Of a stretch of 64,000 nt of DNA, positions 1 through 8,063 are shown piece by piece. Under the pieces are notes generated by a model that was not told the origin of the DNA, ran no database searches, and saw only the letters and a list, made by a program, of their open reading frames with translations. Where the stretch lies: IMG/VR virus record IMGVR_UViG_3300024981_000003. One strand, 5' to 3'. Numbering within the stretch: the first letter of the stretch is position 1; the number at the start of each line of letters is the position of its first letter. The position numbers and the translations under genes were made by a program. The DNA comes from a virus.

Positions 1-548
1 CGGCAGCCGAGCGGTTCGTTTCGGCCGAGCCCCTCCTCGGGCCGATCGACTTCACTCGCGTCACCGGCCACAGCGGTACGGTCTTCGACGCCTTGGTGCC
101 GTGGCGCCCGTGCCGGATCGGCGGAACTACGATTGAGCACGGCGCATCTACTCCAATTCTGGATTGGGTCATCGTCGGCGGCGAAAGCGGCAAAGGCGCG
201 CGCCCGATGCATCCGGACTGGGCGCGATCGATCCGCGATCAGTGCGGCGCCGCCGGCGTCGCCTTCTTCTTCAAGCAGTGGGGAGAGTGGGCCCCACAAA
301 TCGGCGCCGTCGACGGCTGGACGATAAACGACGATCCAGAGCAAAGCCGTTTTGATCATCGCGAATGGGATGAAGACGATCAGTGTTGGAGCGATGTATT
401 TCGCCCAATCTGGTGCGATTTCGAGGACGGCAATTACGACGAGGCGCAGACAGTCTCCCGTCTAGGCAAAAAGCGATCAGGTCGCCTGCTCGATGGCCGC
501 GAGTGGAACGAAATGCCGGACGTCACCGGGAAGGCGGTGGCGGCATGA
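1..548 (+). CDS. Phage Gp37/Gp68 (DUF5131) family protein, 5' end cut by window edge
   Basis: Frame 3 is open from nt 3. Family-typical strings RFVSAEPLLGPI, WVIVGGESG, RPMHPDW and FFFKQWGEW. Stop at 546-548. Confidence 0.75.
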   Translation, partial: AAERFVSAEPLLGPIDFTRVTGHSGTVFDALVPWRPCRIGGTTIEHGASTPILDWVIVGGESGKGARPMHPDWARSIRDQCGAAGVAFFFKQWGEWAPQIGAVDGWTINDDPEQSRFDHREWDEDDQCWSDVFRPIWCDFEDGNYDEAQTVSRLGKKRSGRLLDGREWNEMPDVTGKAVAA

Positions 549-1507
549 CACGAGCAACGCGAAAATCCGATCAAGACTGGGCCGCGCGCGACTTCGAAAA
601 GCATGCGACCAGCGCCGGTCCCGGATGGTCGTGGCTTTTCAGGAAGCCCGGATGTTCGGCCTATTATTTCCGCATCACGTGGGCGCCAGGAATTCTCGTC
701 TGCTCCGGCGATATCGGAGAACTCGTCGTTCGGCACTATTCTTTCGATGATCCTTGGAGCGCGGCGTCTTGGATCAACGGTGCTGGCTTCGATTATTTCA
801 TGGAGAAGACGCCGAAGAAGAAGGAATTCGACGCCGAAGCGACGGCGCGCGGGATCATCGAAGATGCGTATCGGCAGATGCGTGATGGGCTCGAGTACGA
901 TTGCTCGTGTCGGACCATCCCAAAGCTCATGAAGAAGATCGTCGAGGAGCATACCTATCTCGACGACGACGAAGATCCCGACGTACGGAAAGAAGCGTGC
1001 CGTGACCTGCTATCGCTCGCCGATTGCGGCGAATTCACCGCGGATCAGGCGTATGATCTGACCGGGGATTCCGAAGCGCTCCGCTACGACTACGTGTCGC
1101 ACTACGCCCACCGCTACATGGCCTTCAAAAAGTGGGGCGAGTGGATGTGGGCGAACGAGCCGCTGTGGCACAAGACCATTCGCCAGTGGCGCAGTCTCCA
1201 AGCGACCCGCAAAAGCTACCGCGACTACCCGATCATCTGGGCCCCGATCCGATACGTCAAATACGAGAACGGCAAACCCACAAATTACAACGGCCACAAA
1301 TTCTGGCGTTGGCACAAGTACGTCGGTCGCGAAGGTCTCACTTATTCCTATCGCGCGCTGCGCCCGTGGATCGCGTTCGGTCACGACATGACGCGTTTCG
1401 GGTTCTGGCGCGATCAAGGATCATCAACCGGCGATGATGGCGGGATGGATCGCTGGGGCCGGCCTCTGAAACCCGGTGATGGCTTTCGTGACGTGAGGCC
1501 GGCATGA
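545..1507 (+). CDS. Hypothetical protein (320 aa, Trp-rich)
   Basis: ATG at 545 overlaps the upstream stop (ATGA). Long ORF in the operon frame. No domain recognised. Confidence 0.6.
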   Translation: MTRATRKSDQDWAARDFEKHATSAGPGWSWLFRKPGCSAYYFRITWAPGILVCSGDIGELVVRHYSFDDPWSAASWINGAGFDYFMEKTPKKKEFDAEATARGIIEDAYRQMRDGLEYDCSCRTIPKLMKKIVEEHTYLDDDEDPDVRKEACRDLLSLADCGEFTADQAYDLTGDSEALRYDYVSHYAHRYMAFKKWGEWMWANEPLWHKTIRQWRSLQATRKSYRDYPIIWAPIRYVKYENGKPTNYNGHKFWRWHKYVGREGLTYSYRALRPWIAFGHDMTRFGFWRDQGSSTGDDGGMDRWGRPLKPGDGFRDVRPA

Positions 1508-1944
1508 GCAACTGGGACAGCCGCTTTATGGCACTCGCTGCTCATGTCGCGACGTGGTCGAAGGATCCGTCCACGAAGGTCGGCGCCGTCATCGTCCGGC
1601 CGGATCGAACTGTTGCATCGCTTGGCTACAACGGGCCGCCGCGTGGCGTCAGTGATGCGCTATCATTTGCCGATCGACATCGCAAACTGGCGCGCACCAT
1701 TCACGCTGAGCTGAATGCGATCCTATCCAGCCACGTGCCCGTCGCCGGCTACACGCTCTACGTCACGCTGCCGCCATGCGACCGTTGCGCCGCCCATATC
1801 GTACAGGCGGGCTTACGGCGCGTTGTGACGTCGGTTTCATCAGCGTCGGATTACCCGGACCGCTGGGCATTGGAGATCGCGGAAGCCAGGCAGATTTTCA
1901 TGGAAGCGGGCGTCGTCCTAGATGCCCAAGTGAGGGTGGCATGA
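1504..1944 (+). CDS. dCMP/cytidine deaminase (zinc-dependent)
   Basis: Zinc motifs HAELNA and PCDRCA. ATGA overlap with the upstream gene. Confidence 0.85.
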   Translation: MSNWDSRFMALAAHVATWSKDPSTKVGAVIVRPDRTVASLGYNGPPRGVSDALSFADRHRKLARTIHAELNAILSSHVPVAGYTLYVTLPPCDRCAAHIVQAGLRRVVTSVSSASDYPDRWALEIAEARQIFMEAGVVLDAQVRVA

Positions 1945-2636
1945 ACTTAGAAACCGCACTTCCGCTCGATTATGCCGTGCAGCCCAACCCGCCGCTGCGT
2001 CCGACGCTATTCGACGCGGATATTCGCACAAAGGCCGTGCAATCGATTGCGAAAGACGTGGCGGACTGGCTCGAAGAAGACGTCAGCGATGAGCTGGTAG
2101 AAATGCTGGCCGAGACGATGCCGTTCAGTCTCTTTATCGACGGCTTCAAATGGGCCGTTAAACTGCACGATAAATATGCTTTCGACGGTGATGCGCAGCT
2201 CGTCGAGATCCTAGAAGGCAATAATCTTTCAGGGATTTACCGCGAAGCCGTTAAGGCGTGGGTCGCGGCAAACAAGATCGCGCCGACGTTTCTCGTTGCC
2301 GCGTTCGGCGCGAGCGATGATCTCATGGAGTTTCGCGGTGCGATCTCCGATGAGCTCGGAGCCTGGAACGGCACGACGGCCTATCTCGATGACAAGGGCC
2401 TTTTGCAGAATAAATGCGGGCAAGATGATTGCCCTTATTTCGAGGAGTCGCGCGAAACGGCGCGCACGATTGAAGCGATCTGGGCCCCAGATAATGACAA
2501 CGTGTCTTGGGCCTATCAGACAGACATTCCGCACGCGACGTTTCTGATCAAGGAAGATGAAGACGAATTTTGCCGGGGCATCGTGTTCCGGCTGGCGGAC
2601 GCAACGCGCAAACAGGCAATCGAGGGAGCATTATGA
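1941..2636 (+). CDS. Hypothetical protein (acidic, 231 aa)
   Basis: ATG at 1941 overlaps the deaminase stop (ATGA). The track ORF 1776-2636 is trimmed to this coupled start. Confidence 0.6.
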   Translation: MNLETALPLDYAVQPNPPLRPTLFDADIRTKAVQSIAKDVADWLEEDVSDELVEMLAETMPFSLFIDGFKWAVKLHDKYAFDGDAQLVEILEGNNLSGIYREAVKAWVAANKIAPTFLVAAFGASDDLMEFRGAISDELGAWNGTTAYLDDKGLLQNKCGQDDCPYFEESRETARTIEAIWAPDNDNVSWAYQTDIPHATFLIKEDEDEFCRGIVFRLADATRKQAIEGAL

Positions 2637-2821
2637 GCGCCATGAAACGCCAGTTCGTCGCTGCTGCTGCAGCCGCTCTGCTCGCGGGCGGCGCATTCGC
2701 ACCGATCCACCATCGTGACGAGCCAGATTCCGTTCTCGAGCCGAAGTCCGACAAGCGTAAAGAGAAACGCAAGGCTCAGCGCAAGGCTCGAAAAGTCTCG
2801 CGGCTTGGGGTCAAGCGATGA
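2633..2821 (+). CDS. Small secreted or membrane-anchored basic protein (62 aa)
   Basis: Coupled ATGA start. N-terminal hydrophobic AAAAAALLAGGAFA followed by a Lys/Arg-rich tail. Confidence 0.5.
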   Translation: MSAMKRQFVAAAAAALLAGGAFAPIHHRDEPDSVLEPKSDKRKEKRKAQRKARKVSRLGVKR

Positions 2822-2994
2822 AGCCTGCCTGCAAATCCTGTGACCACGCCTTCTTGATCTTGGACGCCAAGGGCGTGCCCGAGCCAGAAATCGCATGCGC
2901 GCTGGATGGCGAACATCACGACAGACGTCACGCCTGTTCGAATTTCGGACGCGGAATCGAACTCGACAATAGTTGCAGCGACAGCAAAGGGTAA
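2818..2994 (+). CDS. Small Cys/His-rich protein (58 aa), possible zinc binder
   Basis: ATG at 2818 overlaps the upstream stop. Translation MKPACKSCDH...HACSNF...SCSD. Below the 60-aa track cutoff, translated by hand. Confidence 0.4.
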   Translation: MKPACKSCDHAFLILDAKGVPEPEIACALDGEHHDRRHACSNFGRGIELDNSCSDSKG

Positions 2995-2998
2995 TCCA

Positions 2999-3253
2999 AT
3001 GGGAGATATGCAGCCAATGCAGGTCTCGGTGGAAGAAGCCTGCCGCCTTATCGGCGTGTGCAAGCAGACGCTTTATCGTATGAAAGCCGATGGGCAGATC
3101 ACGATGAACAAAACGCGCGGCCGAACCCACATCCCAATGCATGAGATTACGCGCATCGTCGGAGTGCCCACGCTCGCTGTTGTGGGGGAGCCGGTGGGGG
3201 AACCGAAAAAACTTAGGACAAAAAAACGTAAGCTATTTCCGAAACATAAGTGA
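2999..3253 (+). CDS. xis: Excisionase / AlpA-type helix-turn-helix DNA-binding protein
   Basis: HTH string VSVEEACRLIGVCKQTLYRMKADGQI. Lies directly upstream of the integrase. Start uncertain (ATG at 2999, 3008 or 3017). Confidence 0.65.
   Translation: MGDMQPMQVSVEEACRLIGVCKQTLYRMKADGQITMNKTRGRTHIPMHEITRIVGVPTLAVVGEPVGEPKKLRTKKRKLFPKHK
3182..3205 (+). repeat. Tandem 12-mer pair GTGGGGGAGCCG GTGGGGGAACCG (candidate integrase arm-type sites, left arm)
   Basis: Read directly from the sequence. Related pair at 3393-3416. Lies in the 3' end of xis. Confidence 0.5.
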
Positions 3254-3293
3254 ATTATCAAGGCGGACACCCCTTCCGCCAGAAGTAATTCAC
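3250..3293 (+). promoter_or_regulatory. Nested inverted repeat in the AT-rich xis-int spacer (candidate attP core and/or terminator)
   Basis: GTGAATTA (3250-3257) pairs with TAATTCAC (3286-3293). These enclose GGCGGA (3262-3267) pairing with TCCGCC (3275-3280). Confidence 0.4.
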
Positions 3294-3392
3294 TGTACGT
3301 CTGATACAGTGGAAAATACTCTTGAAACCCAAACAAATAAGCCCTCAGTTCGTCCACACGGGTCACTCGGCGTCCCTGCCGAGCGCAGATCA

Positions 3393-3416
3393 GTGTGGGA
3401 ACCGGTGTGGGAACCG
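3393..3416 (+). repeat. Tandem 12-mer pair GTGTGGGAACCG GTGTGGGAACCG (candidate integrase arm-type sites, right arm)
   Basis: Perfect tandem duplication 23 nt upstream of the int start. About 200 bp from the related pair at 3182-3205. Confidence 0.5.
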
Positions 3417-3438
3417 GAAGAACTCAGTCGAGGGAACG

Positions 3439-4674
3439 ATGGCGCGCAGTCTCAACCTGCTGAATGCACGGGCTGTCTCTGCAACTTCAAAGGCAGGAAG
3501 GTATGCAGATGGTGGGGGGCTCTATCTTTTGGTTCGCCTGCGCGGGGACACGCCAGAGCGACTTTGGGTTTTTCGCTACAAACGTGGCGGTCGTGGCGAC
3601 AACCGCGAGGTGACGCTCAGCATCGGGCCGGCGCGCGACGTTTCGCTGGCTGAAGCGCGTGAGATCGCCGGCCGCTGCCGCAACCAACTCGCGAAACGGG
3701 GCGACCCGCGCGAAGAACTCGTTCGGACAAGCGGCATTCCGACATTCGGAGAATTCGCCGACGATCTGATCGGATCGATCGAGAAAGGCTTCAAGAACTC
3801 CAAGCACCGGCAACAGTGGCGGATGACGGTCGGTGACGCCTACTGCCGGTCGCTCCGTCGTCAGCAGATCAATCAGGTAACGACCGAGGACGTGCTCGGC
3901 GTCCTAAATCCGATCTGGTCGGAGAAACCCGAAACCGCGGCGCGCATCCGCGGCCGCATCGAGCGCGTGCTCGACGCGGCCAAAACCCGGCGCCTACGCT
4001 CCGGCGAAAATCCGGCGCGCTGGCGTGGTCATCTGGATCAGTTGCTCCCGCCGGTCAAAAAACTCGTGCGCGGCCACCATGCAGCGCTTCCCTGGTCCGA
4101 CCTTCCAGATTTTGCGGCGCGGCTGCGACAACTCACGAGCGTCTCGGCGCTCGCACTCGAGTTCACCATTCTCACCGCGACGCGAACCAATGAATCGGCA
4201 CAAGCCCCTCTCTCCGAGATCGACAAGAAGGGGCGTGTCTGGGTTATTCCGAAAGAGCGCATGAAGCGCGACCGCGAACACCGTGTTCCACTGACCGAAC
4301 GCTGCATCGCGATTGTCAACGAGATGGAGAAGATCGGCAGCGATTGGCTGTTTCCCGGACCATCGCAGCGAAAGCCACTGTCGCTTCACGCTATGGCGGA
4401 GTGTCTCAAAGGCTTCGATGTCGAAGCCACTGTTCACGGGTTCCGGTCGACCTTTCAAGATTGGGTCGAAGACGCGACCGAATTCGCGCCGGAACTCGCC
4501 GACTTAGCGCTTGCCCATGTCATTGCCGACAAGACGAAACGTGCATACCGGCGCGGCGATGCGCTCGAGCGCCGTCGATCCCTGATGGACGCTTGGGAAA
4601 CCTATTTCCTGTCCGCGATCAAATCCGACGCGAACAACGACGATCCTGTAACCGACAGCGTAGAGGCAGCATGA
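3439..4674 (+). CDS. int: Tyrosine integrase (P4-like, DUF4102-type N-terminal arm-binding domain)
   Basis: N-terminus GRYADGGGLYLLVRLRG..WVFRY. Catalytic region ATRTNE...HGFRSTFQDW...LAHV...AYRRGD (R, HxxR, H, Y). ATG at 3439 chosen over the upstream track start. Confidence 0.9.
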   Translation: MARSLNLLNARAVSATSKAGRYADGGGLYLLVRLRGDTPERLWVFRYKRGGRGDNREVTLSIGPARDVSLAEAREIAGRCRNQLAKRGDPREELVRTSGIPTFGEFADDLIGSIEKGFKNSKHRQQWRMTVGDAYCRSLRRQQINQVTTEDVLGVLNPIWSEKPETAARIRGRIERVLDAAKTRRLRSGENPARWRGHLDQLLPPVKKLVRGHHAALPWSDLPDFAARLRQLTSVSALALEFTILTATRTNESAQAPLSEIDKKGRVWVIPKERMKRDREHRVPLTERCIAIVNEMEKIGSDWLFPGPSQRKPLSLHAMAECLKGFDVEATVHGFRSTFQDWVEDATEFAPELADLALAHVIADKTKRAYRRGDALERRRSLMDAWETYFLSAIKSDANNDDPVTDSVEAA

Positions 4675-4689
4675 TGATTGGAGAACACT

Positions 4690-6306
4690 ATGGCTCATCC
4701 GATTCCGGAGAGCGCGCTTGACGACCGGCTGGCCTTCGTCGGGACTTCGGGCTCGGGCAAGACCTACGCCGCTGGGACAGCCGTCGAGAGGATCCTGACA
4801 ACCGGCGCGAAGGTTGTCGTCGTCGATCCTCTCGACGTCTGGTACGGCCTGCGCGTCAAAGCTGACGGCGTGCGTCAAGCCTTCCCCGTCATCATCTTCG
4901 GCGGCGCGCACGCGGATATTCCGATCACCGAGCACGCGGGCAGCGTTATCGGCGAAGCCGTCGCTTCGATGTCAGAGAGTTGTATCGTCTCACTCTCGAC
5001 GCTCGGCTCGAAGTCGGCTGAGCGCCGGTTCATGCTGGCATTTCTGGAAGCGCTCTATCGCAAGGCGACGGGCGAACCGTTCCATCTGATTTTCGACGAA
5101 GCGGATTTGTGGGCTCCGCAGCGTGCGTTCGAACCGCAGTTGCAAAGCCTGATGGAGAACATCGTCCGCCGCGGGCGGGTCAAGGGGTTCATCCCGTGGC
5201 TGATCACGCAACGGCCGGCCGTGCTCTCCAAAGACATCCTGAGCCAAGCCGATGGCCTCATCGCCATGAAGCTCACATCGTCCCAGGACCGGAGCGCCCT
5301 GCAGGCGTGGATCGAAGGCCAGGCGGACCGCAAGGATGAAAAGCAGATGCTGTCCCGCCTGCCGCGTCTCAAGCGCGGCGAAGGCGTGATCTGGCTTCCG
5401 GGATTGCCCGTCCTCGAGGAGGCTACCTTCCCCGAGAAGAAAACCTTCGACAGTTCGCAAACACCGAAGCGCGGCCAGACCAAGCGCACCGCCGCGCTCA
5501 AACCGATCGATCTCGGCGCCCTCACCGCGCGCCTTGCCTCGATCGAGGCTGAACGTGGCAAGCCCGCCAAGGGCAAAGCGCCGAGCCCGGCCGGTGCCCC
5601 CGCTGCTTCGCCGGATCCTGCCGCCGTGCGCGTCGCCGAAGACCGCGCCCGCGCCGAAGGTTTCGAGCAAGGCAAGCGTGTCGGCCGAACGGAAGGCTAT
5701 CAAGATGCGGTTCGCGAGGCGAAAGCGGCGCTGAGCTCGATGCAGCCCAATGAACCGAGCCTCGCGGCGCTTCCAGCTCGCCCAGCGCCCAAAAGCGCGC
5801 CTGCGGCCGCTCCCGCGCCGCTGGCCTCGACTTCCGGCGACGTACGGCTTCCGGTCGGCGAGCGTGCCGTTCTCACCGTGTGCGCCCAGTATGCGAACGG
5901 CGCAACGCGATCGCAAATCACCGTTCTAACGAATCTCAAGCGATCGACGCGCGACCGTTACATCCTCTATCTCAAGCAAAAGGGATTGGTGGACACCGTT
6001 GCGGATCGCATCGTCGCGCTGTCGGCCGGAAGGATTGCCCTTGGCAGTGACTACCAGCCGCTACCAACGGGCGCGGCGTTGCGCGCGAAAATGATCGCGG
6101 AACTGCCCGACGGCGAAGCCCGCATTTTAGCCGTGCTTTGCGACGCCTATCCTCGGTCGGTTTCCCGCGACCGCATCGAACAAGAAGCCAACCTCAAGCG
6201 GTCAACGCGGGATCGTTACATCCTTTATTTGCGCGCCCGCGAACTAGCGCACATCACGCCCGAAGGCGTCCGCGCGAGCGATGATCTGTTTTCGGAGGCC
6301 GCATGA
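4690..6306 (+). CDS. HerA/FtsK-superfamily P-loop ATPase with two C-terminal winged-helix repeats
   Basis: Walker A GTSGSGKT and Walker B HLIFDEADLW. SD GGAGA lies 7 nt before ATG 4690. C-terminus carries the duplicated motif NLKRSTRDRYILYL (nt about 5935 and 6193). Confidence 0.7.
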   Translation: MAHPIPESALDDRLAFVGTSGSGKTYAAGTAVERILTTGAKVVVVDPLDVWYGLRVKADGVRQAFPVIIFGGAHADIPITEHAGSVIGEAVASMSESCIVSLSTLGSKSAERRFMLAFLEALYRKATGEPFHLIFDEADLWAPQRAFEPQLQSLMENIVRRGRVKGFIPWLITQRPAVLSKDILSQADGLIAMKLTSSQDRSALQAWIEGQADRKDEKQMLSRLPRLKRGEGVIWLPGLPVLEEATFPEKKTFDSSQTPKRGQTKRTAALKPIDLGALTARLASIEAERGKPAKGKAPSPAGAPAASPDPAAVRVAEDRARAEGFEQGKRVGRTEGYQDAVREAKAALSSMQPNEPSLAALPARPAPKSAPAAAPAPLASTSGDVRLPVGERAVLTVCAQYANGATRSQITVLTNLKRSTRDRYILYLKQKGLVDTVADRIVALSAGRIALGSDYQPLPTGAALRAKMIAELPDGEARILAVLCDAYPRSVSRDRIEQEANLKRSTRDRYILYLRARELAHITPEGVRASDDLFSEAA

Positions 6307-6485
6307 TCGTCATCGACATCTGGGGCGGCGAAGAAAGCCAGGATCACGTCGCGCGCTTTCTGCGGCCTGTCGACGAAGCGTTAGAGATTTCCCGCCGCGA
6401 ACTCGCGGCCGGATTTCTCGTCAATCTCCGTGGCGAGATTGCGTGGGGTCAAGAATGCGAATTCGACGAGCGCCCCGTGCATTGA
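6303..6485 (+). CDS. Small acidic hypothetical protein (60 aa)
   Basis: ATGA overlap with the ATPase stop. Sits between the ATPase and rtcB. Confidence 0.45.
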   Translation: MIVIDIWGGEESQDHVARFLRPVDEALEISRRELAAGFLVNLRGEIAWGQECEFDERPVH

Positions 6486-6496
6486 AGGAACGAATA

Positions 6497-7849
6497 ATGG
6501 AACGATCTGATCCCTACAAAAACCGGGCGCGCGAACTCGCCATAGCAGCCGGTCATCCCGATCCAGACGCCAAAGTCGATCGCGGACCTGGAATTAAGCC
6601 GTGGCCGGCTTGGTGCCAGTTCAGACAAGCCGCACGAGATGAGCATCTCGCGATCGAAGCGACTGAAGCCGCGAAGTCGATCGCCAATCTCCGCCCGCAG
6701 CAGCCGCAATATCAAAATAGTCCGATCAAGGTAATCGGCTCGCACGATGACGCGACCGTTCAACAGATGAAGAATTGCATGAGCGTTGGCAATGCCGTCG
6801 CCGGCGTCATCTGCGCAGATGGCCATCTCGGCTACGCACAACCGGTCGGCGGCGTCATCGCATATGAAAAGCAGATTTCGATTTCCGGTGTCGGCTTCGA
6901 TATCGGATGCGGAAACATGGCAGCCCGTCTCGACACGAAGTTTTCGGACATCGCGACGCGCGTCCCCGAGATCGCGGCTGATATCCATCGCATCATCTCA
7001 TTCGGAATCGGGCGACGTAATGCCGAGCATGTCGAGCATGAACTGTTCGACGATGGCGACGCCTGGAAAATGTCCGACATGGAGACCTACCGACCAAAGG
7101 CGGTCGGCCAGCTCGGGACTGTCGGCTCCGGCAACCACTATGTGGATCTTCTGCGCGATGGCGACGACAACGTCTGGATTGGAGTGCACTTCGGATCGCG
7201 GGGACTCGGGCATACGAGCGCCACGCGATACTTGAAGGCGGCGGGCGGCAAAGACGGTCTCAATGTCCCGCCCGCGATCGTAGATGAGGATTCCGAACTC
7301 GGCGCTCGCTATATCGCGGCGATGGAACTGGCTGGTCGCTATGCCTATGCGGGCCGGGAATGGGTTGTAGATCGCGTCCGCAAAATCATCGGCGGAAATC
7401 TTCTTGAATCCGTCCACAACCATCACAACTACGCTTGGCGCGAACGTCATGGTGATCGCGATCTCTGGGTTGTGCGCAAGGGCGCGACACCCGCTTTTCC
7501 CGGCCAGAAGGGCTTCGTCGGTGGGTCCATGGGTGATGATTGCGTGATCCTGGAGGGCGTCGACAGCGAAGATGCAAAAGCATCGCTGTATTCGACCGTG
7601 CATGGCGCCGGCCGGCTCTTCGGCCGCAAGGAAGCCAAGCGGCGGTTCGTGCGGCTTCAGATGGATGAGTGGTTGAACGGGCGCGGCGTGACGTTGATCG
7701 GCGCCGATCTCGATGAAAGCCCAATGGCGTACCGCCGTCTCGACGACGTGCTGGCGCACCACGCATCCTCAGTTCGCGTTCTCCATCGCTTACGTCCGTT
7801 CGTCGTCGTCATGGCGAGCCCGGAGGAGGCGGACCCATGGAAGGACTAA
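6497..7849 (+). CDS. rtcB: RtcB-family RNA 3'-phosphate ligase with about 75-aa N-terminal extension
   Basis: RtcB signature strings ADGHLGY, GFDIGCGN, GSGNHYVDL, HFGSRGLGH, HNHHNYAW, GSMGD and VHGAGR. Confidence 0.9.
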   Translation: MERSDPYKNRARELAIAAGHPDPDAKVDRGPGIKPWPAWCQFRQAARDEHLAIEATEAAKSIANLRPQQPQYQNSPIKVIGSHDDATVQQMKNCMSVGNAVAGVICADGHLGYAQPVGGVIAYEKQISISGVGFDIGCGNMAARLDTKFSDIATRVPEIAADIHRIISFGIGRRNAEHVEHELFDDGDAWKMSDMETYRPKAVGQLGTVGSGNHYVDLLRDGDDNVWIGVHFGSRGLGHTSATRYLKAAGGKDGLNVPPAIVDEDSELGARYIAAMELAGRYAYAGREWVVDRVRKIIGGNLLESVHNHHNYAWRERHGDRDLWVVRKGATPAFPGQKGFVGGSMGDDCVILEGVDSEDAKASLYSTVHGAGRLFGRKEAKRRFVRLQMDEWLNGRGVTLIGADLDESPMAYRRLDDVLAHHASSVRVLHRLRPFVVVMASPEEADPWKD

Positions 7850-7853
7850 TCGC

Positions 7854-8063
7854 ATGACCTCCGACGAAACGACGACGCCGCGGCGCGGACCATCGCAAAT
7901 CGAAGCAATCGTCTTTCCGTATTCGGTGCCGGAGCCGCCGCCGGCGAACGGCATGACGCTTTCCGAATTCTGGGTGAACGCGCTCAACGCTGAACGGCTC
8001 CGGGGATCATCGTTGGATGCTGTGAACGTGCGCGCGTGGCTCAACTGGATCAATCGCGGATGA
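7854..8063 (+). CDS. Hypothetical protein (69 aa)
   Basis: ATG at 7854 lies just after the rtcB stop, in the frame of track ORF 7713-8063. Confidence 0.5.
   Translation: MTSDETTTPRRGPSQIEAIVFPYSVPEPPPANGMTLSEFWVNALNAERLRGSSLDAVNVRAWLNWINRG

Noticed and set aside
4990-5916. 308-aa minus-strand ORF
   Set aside because: It is antisense to the P-loop ATPase, which has clear Walker motifs.
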